A stretch of DNA of 64,000 bases from Eledone cirrhosa (Eukaryota), in NCBI GenBank assembly GCA_964016885.1, contig OZ024762.1:3844001-3908000 (forward strand). Direction: 5' to 3'. Below the pieces are notes generated by a model. That model saw only the letters and a list, made by a program, of their open reading frames with translations, was not told the origin of the DNA and ran no database searches. This document shows positions 54,445 to 64,000 of this stretch, piece after piece. Made by a program: the position numbers and the translations under genes. Within the stretch, counting starts at the first letter, position 1. Each line of letters opens with the position of its first letter.

Positions 54445-54545
54445 TTTCTGTACATATAACATGAATATTTTTGTAACACTTTTCATAACTGAAGTGCCGG
54501 TATATTTCTATCTGTTTTTTATACATACACATGCATATACATACA

Positions 54546-54582
<37 letters not shown>

Positions 54583-55349
54583 GTGTAGAGAGAGAAAAGG
54601 TGGAATTGGAAATAACATGGAAAATATATTTAAGGATCTGTTTTCCTTTTTTCCTTCTTTGATTTGTCAAAATGACATTATTGAAAAAATGAGAGGAACA
54701 ATTCTTTAAAAAAAAAAAGGAGTTTTATAATGTACTCTCAGTTACTTAACACTATGGAAACTGGGATAAACACAGGCCTGGGTTTGAGACAAGACTCCCC
54801 ACTGGACAGGACGCCAGTCCACTGCAGAGTTATTCCCTCAGCTATTACTGGTAGTCATTTTCAGCTGAGTATACTGGATCAATGTGAAATGAAGTGTTTT
54901 GCCCAAGAACACAACGCACAACCCAGTCCAGGAATTGAACCCACAACATTATGACTGTAAGTCCAACACCCTAACCACTAGGCCACAAATAAGTACCCCC
55001 TTTTTAAAACTATATCTAAATGTCTTTTAAGAACTTTTTCCCCTGAAGTTTATATTCAGCTTCTTGGGTTTTCAGTTTTTCGAGTTGCCAGTGTTTGACA
55101 TTTTAAAATTCCATCTTATGTGCGTTCAGGTTCTGTCATTCATTTATACATACATACATCATATATACTTGTGTACACTAACAAACACACATTGCTTATA
55201 CTTGTGTGTAGGTCGCATCATGTTCTCTGAAAATAAAACATGAAAATCCAGCATGCAGCCTTTTCTGCTAGACCTACAAAACATCAATTCAATGTATGTT
55301 ATATTGTAAATGTTATATGTAAAATGGAGGTGCAACTTATACATGAATA

Positions 55350-55388
<39 letters not shown>

Positions 55389-57242
55389 AGAAAGTAAGGT
55401 TATTTTTATATCCCACATGGGTAAAAGTATAGGAAAAAGGAGTTGAAAAGGCAACTGGAATCTTTAAGAAGATTTATTTATAATAGATTTACCGGTTTCA
55501 CAGTTGTATGATTTTCAAAAACCTTTGAAAACCATCCAACTGTGAAACTGGTAAAATTATTATAAATAAATCTTCTTAAAGACTTCAGTTTCATTTTCAA
55601 CAACTTTTCCCATATATATATATATATATATCACATATATGAATGTGCATGTTGCATTTTTTACATAAAAATACGACCTATCAACTGGACCTACGAAACC
55701 CCAATTCAAAATATATGGTACATGGTAAATGTCATTTGTAAATTGGAGGTGTGACATTATACACAAGTATACACAGCAAGCAAAATATAACTTTAAATAA
55801 AAAAATTGTCTGTGTGTGTATATATATATACATATATATATATACGTGTGTGTATGTTCAACTTCAAATTAATGGCTGTTTCCTTTATTCCTTCTATAAT
55901 CTTCAGTTTTTTCTCTCCCTCCCTCTCTCTCTCTCTCACTCTTGGCCATGGTTTTTTCCTCCTGCCACCACCACTACTAATACTACTAATATTACTACTA
56001 CCACTATTACTACTACTACTATTACTACTGTTACTACTACTACTACTACTACTATTACTACTACTGCAACTACTACTACTACTACTATTACTACTACTGG
56101 TTATTGGTTGTTGTTGTTAAAATTTCTTAATGAAATGTTGAACCTTTTTTTTCCAGTCTGTCCAAACTCCATACTTTCGTTCCCCCACTCACCCCTTTTA
56201 TCTCCTCACCCTTCTCCTCACCCTCTCCTCAACACACTTATATACAAACCTACTTACCTCAAATTTGTTTTTTGTCTACCTATCTATCTATACATTTATC
56301 TATCCTTATATATACACACACACATGTATATATACACACACACATGTATATATATCATCATCATGTATATATTCTCATCATCATCATTTACATATCTACC
56401 TACCTATGAACCTGTCCAGGTATTTCTCTACCTCACATTTAATCTACCTTTTGTCCTCTACACCCACATGTAAACACAAATATATATGCATATATACCCA
56501 TCAGTCTACCCGTTTGTATATTTGAATGCATGTGTTTTATTTATCTATGTATGGACTTTTAAATTTTTTTTAAAATGTACCAGAAAAGCAATCTAAATTA
56601 TTGATCTGTCTGAACATTGCAAAACTATTGATATATTATCAAGAAAAATATTATTCACTGAAATTTTTGACATACAATCTTAAATTTCAAATTTCTTCCT
56701 ATTTTATCTTCAAATCGGTATGAGTTTAACTTTTTTCTCTTTTTCTACCAAATATCTTCAAAGGCTGCTTGTTCTAAAATAATAAGACTGTGTATTTTAA
56801 AGTGTTTATATTTATCTAAAAAAAAACCTTCCATCATATTTTTATGTAAACACATTTGTTCAATTTTATTCCAAACACTATATATATAACGAGAAAGTTA
56901 GTTATATTACTAAATCCCTCCAAATTCTTGATTATTTTCAAAATTATTTCAAAATGATATACAATGCATTTCATTTGAAACATAGTAATGAAATGGTTGA
57001 CTTAATTCTATATATTTATCCATATATTCTATATATTTTTTGTAAACTCTTCAAGGCAGTGTTTGCCATTTATTCGTTGTTTAATGCAAGATGGCACTTG
57101 CAACATTTCTTTATAATCTTGTTTACTCTTGAAGACTCAACTCCAGGTAAAGTTTAGAGAGGAATTTAAAAAACTTAAATTTTGTTAACTTAACTTTATT
57201 AATGAGAAAATATTACTCAACAGTACTCAGTTCATTTTTAAT

Positions 57243-58148
57243 ATACTATCCAGTGGTTCTATCTGTCTTGTAACATACTATCCAGTGGTTCTATCTGTCT
57301 TGTAACATACCATCCAGTGGTTCTATCAGTCTTGTAACATACCATCCAGTGGTTCTATCTGTCTTGTAACATACCATCCAATGGTTCTATCTCTCCTGTA
57401 ACATACCATCCAGTGGTTCTATCTCTCCTGTAACATACCATCCAATGGTTCTATCTCTCCAGTAACATACCATCCAATGGTTCTATCTCTCCAGTAACAT
57501 ACCATCCAGTGGTTCTATCTCTCCAGTAACATACCATCCAGTGGTTCTATCTCTCCACTAACATACCATCCAATGGTTCTATCTGTCTTGTAACATACCA
57601 TCCAGTGGTTCTATCAGTCTTGTAACATACCATCCAGTGGTTCTATCTCTCCAGTAACATACCATCCAATGGTTCTATCAGTCTTGTAACATACCATCCA
57701 ATGGTTCTATCTCTCCACTAACATACCATCCAGTGGTTCTATCAGTCTTGTAACATACCATCCAGTGGTTCTATCTCTCCTGTAACATACCATCCAATGG
57801 TTCTATCTCTCCAGTAACATACCATCCAATGGTTCTATCTCTCCAGTAACATACCATCCAATGGTTCTATCTCTCCACTAACATACCATCCAGTGGTTCT
57901 GTCTGTTCTGTAACATACCATCCAGTGGTTCTATCTCTCCAGTAACATACCATCCAGTGGTTCTATCTCTCCAGTAACATACCATCCAGTGGTTCTATCT
58001 CTCCTGTAATATACCATCCAATGGTTCTATCTCTCCAGTAACATACCATCCAGTGGTTCTGTCTGTTCTGTAACATACCATCCAATGGTTCTATCTCTCC
58101 AGTAACATACCATCCAGTGGTTCTATCTCTCCTGTAACATACCATCCA
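57243..58148. repeat. 32 bp minisatellite, about 28 copies
   Basis: Unit taacataccatccagtggttctatctctccag with variants. Confidence 0.95.
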
Positions 58149-58584
58149 ACGATTCTGCTACTATCTTGATACCAGTCTCTGCCGACTCAACTCCTAACAG
58201 CTCACAACATTAACCGTTTTGCTACCAAACCACCCCCAAAACTCCTCTTTCATAGACAAACCATTTTAAAGGGATTCCACTTTAATTTACACCTTCCAAA
58301 ATAATTTTATATAAGAATAATTTGTTATTTAAACTGATCATATCCGTCGAGAATACTCTCACCTTTTTCTGTCCAAACCGGCTGTAACTGGCCACTCATA
58401 CTTATGTTAAAGTATTGTTCTCAACAGAAATAATATCAAAATCTCATAGATTCGATATAATGTGAGATACAATGAAAATACAATAATAAATATAATATTG
58501 AGTAATGTAAATGCTAAAAGGTTAATGAAATCTGAAATTTTTAGTAAATCCTTCCCAAATTCTTCGTTAATTAATTAAAATAGA

Positions 58585-58757
58585 GTTTCTACTTTTGGCA
58601 CAAGGCCAGTGCATCACTGGTACTTTATTTTATCGACCCCGTAAGATGAAAGGCAAAGTTAACCTCGGCGGATTTGAACTCAGAACACAAAGGGCTATAA
58701 CTCTATGTGACAAAGCATGGTGTCTGACGCTCTACCGATACGGCCAAACCAACGCCA
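58585..58757 (-). mobile_element. Family B SINE
   Basis: Reverse complement of family B. Confidence 0.8.
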
Positions 58758-59273
58758 TTGATTAATTAATTAATTAAAATAGAGTACTTCATTAGACATA
58801 TAACGAAAAGGTTGAAATCCTCTTGGATGATATAGTCCAGTGGGTTCCATAAAGGAATGTCTGGGGTTCCATCATGAAAGGTAGAGGAGTATATTTATAT
58901 TACAACCATATAACAGTATTAGATTTTTGGGGTTCCCCCAGAAGTTTTTGAACCAAAAAGGGTTCCACGTTTGAAAAGGTTTGGGAAACCCTGATATAGT
59001 AAAATGTTTCATTATTCTGAATGAAATGATTAGTTTTTATAGTTCTCCTGACCCCAAGTATCCCCTCATTGGGTGGTTATTCCTCCCACCCCTGGAGGGT
59101 AGGGTGGGGTGGTATTCAATTATCTCTCATTTCACTAAATTATAATTTAATAAGATTAATGAAACAAATATCAACCTTATTGCAATGTTCTGTGACGATG
59201 CTATGGCAAATGTCTTTGTCAATGCATTCTGTTTATTAATCTCTCTCTCTCTCAGTCTCCCTATCTATTTACT

Positions 59274-59304
<31 letters not shown>

Positions 59305-59306
59305 AC

Positions 59307-59343
<37 letters not shown>

Positions 59344-59977
59344 GATTCAACGAGAATCGCATTTCGGCGGGCAGGAAAAGCGAAGCGAAACACAAAAATC
59401 AGAAATGATACTGGGAAAGTGGTCAATAGTTAAAAACCAGAGCTAAACAATGTATTAAGAAGCCATACAAAACTGAAAAGGTGGTCAAGAAGGCATTACC
59501 CACCAAAGCCAAAAACCAAATCAAGCTAAACAGGTCAAAACAAAATAAATGATAAAAAATATGATAACCAGACCTGGACTCCCGGAATTGCTGTTAAAAT
59601 CCGATGTAGAGTTTCTGTGACACCTAAATCAAATACAGTCTGCTTAAAATATAAGCTTTGTGTATAACGATCGAACAAGGAATATCACGTTATCAACAGG
59701 TATTTCGCTCTGTACCAAATAAATAAGTGACACAGTGGTAAGTTAAACCACGTGTGGAAATCACGAGGGGAATAACCCCAGATTTTGGCAAAGTAATTCA
59801 GTTAGTGTAAATCATGTGAAAAATAGCATAAATAGCACAAATCGAATAAGTTCTCAACCAATGAGTTTAAAATAAACTTATACAATTAACCTGTCAATAG
59901 AAATTATTAACAAGTTAATTGTAAGACACGGGAGATTAATACAAATAAAGATTCAGTGAGAATCGCATTTCGATATA

Positions 59978-60318
59978 TCATCATCATCATCATCATTTTA
60001 CGTCCGCTTTTCCCTGCTTGCAAGGGTGGGACGGGAACTGATTCTGGCTTGATTTCTACAGCTGGATGCCCTTCCTAACACCAACCTCATTTACAGTGAG
60101 TGCTGGGTGCTTTTTTGCCGTGGCACCTCCACGACCACTTTGCAGTGGAATGATAGTGACCCCAGTCCCTATCAACTCATTTCTACAGCTGAGTAAACTG
60201 GAGCAATGTGAAATAAAGTGTCTTGCTCAAGGAAACAACACATCACCCAGTCTGAGAATTGAACTCACAACCTTTCGATTGCAAGGCCAATGCTCTAACC
60301 ACTAAGCCATGTGCCTCC
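59978..60318 (-). mobile_element. Full-length family A SINE
   Basis: Similarity to 41255-41592. Confidence 0.85.
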
Positions 60319-60554
60319 ATATATATATATATATATATTTAGAACACTGGTTTAACCGCTTTACTTCCCTCCGAAGAAGAGATATTATCTTGAAAATTAA
60401 GGACATTTAAATAAATCTAAGGTAAAAGACTAATTGTCAACAATATCTTTTGCATTTGCATTTTTTATTCTATGTCCATACCTGCGTTGTTTTGGCTTTA
60501 CAAATACAAACGTTTATATATATATATAGAAGTGGTTACACAACAGCTTGTAAT

Positions 60555-60597
60555 TACGAGCTGAGGATCCGCTAAGGTGAAACAATTGTTCTTGGTA
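60555..60597 (+). ncRNA. Type I hammerhead candidate in a fold-back island
   Basis: tacgag-CTGAGGA-tccgctaaggt-GAAAcaattGTT-cttggta; palindromic stem III acaattgt. Confidence 0.65.
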
Positions 60598-60689
60598 TGG
60601 TGAAATAACTGTTGTGTAACCACTTCTACCTAACTCACCCCATGGACTGAGTGCTCTACCACTACGGATATTACCTTCCAGTGTTCTAC

Positions 60690-60732
<43 letters not shown>

Positions 60733-61257
60733 AATTAACCTGCTCCTCTCTCTCTCTATCTATCAATCTACTAACCTTCCCTCTCTCTCTCTCTCTCTCC
60801 ATTAACATATCTTTCTCTCTCTTCCACAGCCTTGTTCCTACCCCCCATCCCTCTTATGTTTCTCCCATGTTCCTTCCTTCCCACATTTGCTGTGCCTGCT
60901 TTTATTTTATATTTTAGAGGGTTTTATTTATCCAAGGTGCGATGATTCCATCCCAGAAATTTAACAGGGTGAGTTCATTCATTAGTTTTGCAGGGAACAT
61001 CAGCTACACAGCTTAACGAACCTTTATCAGCTATTCAACTTCATGAACCCATCTCTGGTATGCAACTTAACGAACCTATACCTTGCTTCATTATCTTTTT
61101 TTTTTCTTAATTATTTTTAATTTTGTAAATAATGTTAATGTTGTTGTTGATGTTATTTTTTTTTTTATTAATGTCCTTTTTTTTTTTTTTTTGGCGGGCT
61201 TAAATATAGGTTAAGGTAACTGTTTATATAGGTTGTGGTAATCATATATATATATAT

Positions 61258-61652
61258 GGAGGCACATGGCTTAGTGGTTAGAGCATTGGCCTTGCAATCG
61301 AAAGGTTGTGAGTTCAATTCTCAGACCGGGTGATGTGTTGTTTCCTTGAGCAAGACACTTTATTTCACATTGCTCCAGTTTACTCAGCTGTAGAAATGAG
61401 ATGATAGGGACTGGGGTCCATATCATTCCACTGCGAAGTGGTCGTGGAGGTGCCACGGCAAAAAAGCACCCAGCCCACACTGTAAAGTGGACGTGTAGGT
61501 GCCACGGCTAAAAAGCACCCAGCACTCACTGTAAATGAGGTTGGTGTTAGGAAGGGCATCCAGCTGTAGAAATCAAGCCAAAATCAGTTCCCGTCCCACC
61601 CTTGCAAGCAGGGAAAAGCGGACGTAAAATGAAATGATGATGATGATGATGA
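61258..61652 (+). mobile_element. Family A SINE with an internal duplication
   Basis: Segment ggtgccacggc...aagcacccagc duplicated. Confidence 0.85.
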
Positions 61653-62118
61653 TATATATATATATATATGTATGTATGTATGTATATATATATATAGATA
61701 TGTATTTATATATCTATGTATATATATGTATGTATGTATTTATATATCTATGTATATATATGTATGTATTTATATATCTATGTATATATATGTATGTATG
61801 TATGTATTTATATATCTATGTATATATATGTATGTATGTATTTATATATCTATGTATGTATTTATATATCTATGTATATATTTATATATCTATGTATATA
61901 TATGTATGTATATATTTATATATCTATGTATATATATGTATGTATGTATTTATATATCTATTTATATATCTCTGTATATATATATATGTATATATTTATA
62001 TATCTATGTATATATATATGTATGTATTTATATATCTATGTGTATATATGTATGTATATATATCATCATCATCATCATTTCATTTTACGTCCGCTTTTTC
62101 CCTGCTTGCATGTATTTA

Positions 62119-62172
<54 letters not shown>

Positions 62173-62410
62173 TATGTGTATGTATGTATATATCTATCTA
62201 TGTATGTATGTATGTGTATGTATGTAAATATCTATCTATATATCTATGTATATGTATGTATATTTATATGTATATATGTATATATATTTGTGTATACATG
62301 TTTGTATGTATATATGTATGTATATATATTTGTATATATGTATGTATATTTGTATATATATATCATCATCATCATCATTTAACGTCCATCTTCCACGCTA
62401 GCATGGGTTT

Positions 62411-62456
<46 letters not shown>

Positions 62457-62483
62457 ATGTATAAATATTTGTATGTATATTTC

Positions 62484-62526
<43 letters not shown>

Positions 62527-63659
62527 TTATCAGATAGGGTGTGGTAGTTCCACAACAGTTAATTCACCATTTCTGAGAACAATTGTTTCCCTTTAGTCGG
62601 AAATGATGAATTAACTGTTGTGGAACTACTACCAAACTCGTCCCATGGACTGAGTGCTCTACTACGGACATAGCCCACTAGTGTTCTACTATTATATATA
62701 TATATATATGACCAGAGACTTCAAACATTACAAGTTTCAAAATAAGAATATCTTTCTCTCCTGTGTGTATTTAGTGTATGTAACTAAATATGTACATACA
62801 CATATACACTACTGAATGGTCGTTGTCTCTCATGAGTTCCCCCAGCCATTGACAAATTATATATTTCATCATCTCAGGCGACAAAATGTCACCCTCACCA
62901 AGTAGGCTTGATGAAATTGCGGATGATGAAATATGCTGTACTGTGTTACATGTAACCAGGAGCACCCATAAACTACCTCTAAAAGTCTCTCTCTTGAGCT
63001 CAGAGGCTCATCGGGCAACTGAGAAAGCAACACCATCAGCCCCAGGACAAGATGCCAGTCCATTACAGGGTTAAACTCCCAGCTATTGCTGGTACTCATT
63101 TTCAACTGAGTATACTGGAGCAATGTGAAATGAAGTGTTTTGCTCAAGAACACAACACACCACCCAGCCATAGAAACAAAGCCAAAACAAAGTATATGAG
63201 CAGGACCTAGTCACCTGACCAGTTTGGCCTCAGCACCTGACATCTGTCTAACCCATGCAAGCATGGAAAATAGATTTTAATAGATAATGATTAGGATGAT
63301 GTCAACTGTCTATCCATGCTTATGATAGTTTCATAGTCATTGTTGTGGTAGAATCGCTCTGTCTAATCTGTAATTTCCTGTTGTCTACACCTATCACTGT
63401 TGTTCATTTTCCATAGATACTTCTGTCAGATTGTGACAGAGTTAGTCTTTAAGTCATAAAGTTATGTCACTTGCTCTCTTTTTCCTTCTTTCTGTTATGT
63501 CAGACAATAAAAATGACATTGGCTGTTGCCCTGTTTCATCTAAAATCTACTTCATTCTCTCATGTCACTTCTTCAGTGTTCTTCTCTTGCTATTGATAAC
63601 AGAGAAATTACCCAGCAATTTTTAGGTTTTGTTTATCGCTCTTAATAAGTGTTAGGGTT

Positions 63660-64000
63660 AGGGTAGTGGTTTAGTAGAATTGGTGGACACTATCAGATAA
63701 AATACCATTGCAGTGCTTGTTCTGTTCTCTGTGTTCTGAGTTCAAATCCCACTGAGGTTAACTGTACTTTTCATCTTTCTAGGGCCAATAAAATAAAGCA
63801 ACAGTCAAGTAATGTGGTTGGTTTAATCAACTTTGCCCTTCCCCCAAAGTTGCTCGTTTTGTGTCTAAATTAGAAATTGATATTATCCTACTGAGTTCAA
63901 CTTTGCCCTTCATCCTTCTGAGGTCAATAAAATAAAGTACCAGTCAAGTACTGAGGTTAGTTTAATCAACTTTGGCCTTGTGACTAAATTAGAAATAAGT
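63660..64000 (+). mobile_element. Diverged family B SINE copies
   Basis: gagttcaaatccc...tttcatc...aataaaataaag. Confidence 0.65.

Overview
AT-rich, repeat-saturated eukaryotic (animal) DNA. The tRNA-headed CORE-like SINEs, RTE/Tx1/Dong/CRE LINE debris and huge (TA)n/(CAT)n arrays suggest a cephalopod (octopus-like) genome; this is inference. Most ORFs in the track are microsatellite artefacts. Host genes: two phase-compatible exons of a monocarboxylate-transporter (SLC16/MFS)-like gene (38230-38430 and 52095-52401, +) and a clean 174-aa orphan ORF (22981-23505). Mobile DNA: a Chapaev3-like element with TIRs, a mariner pseudogene, piggyBac-, hAT- and pogo-like MITEs, a Helitron 5' end, LINE fragments and two SINE families. 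The main unexplained signal is a set of short non-coding islands, mostly in or next to (TA)n tracts. At least 8 of them, largely unrelated in sequence, fold by hand into type I hammerhead ribozymes (CUGANGA core, GAAA, short often palindromic stem III, NUH site, closing stem I). Many of the islands also carry fold-back inverted duplications. They look like a diverse (TA)n-targeting population of Penelope-like or retrozyme-like elements. All folding and alignments were done by eye.
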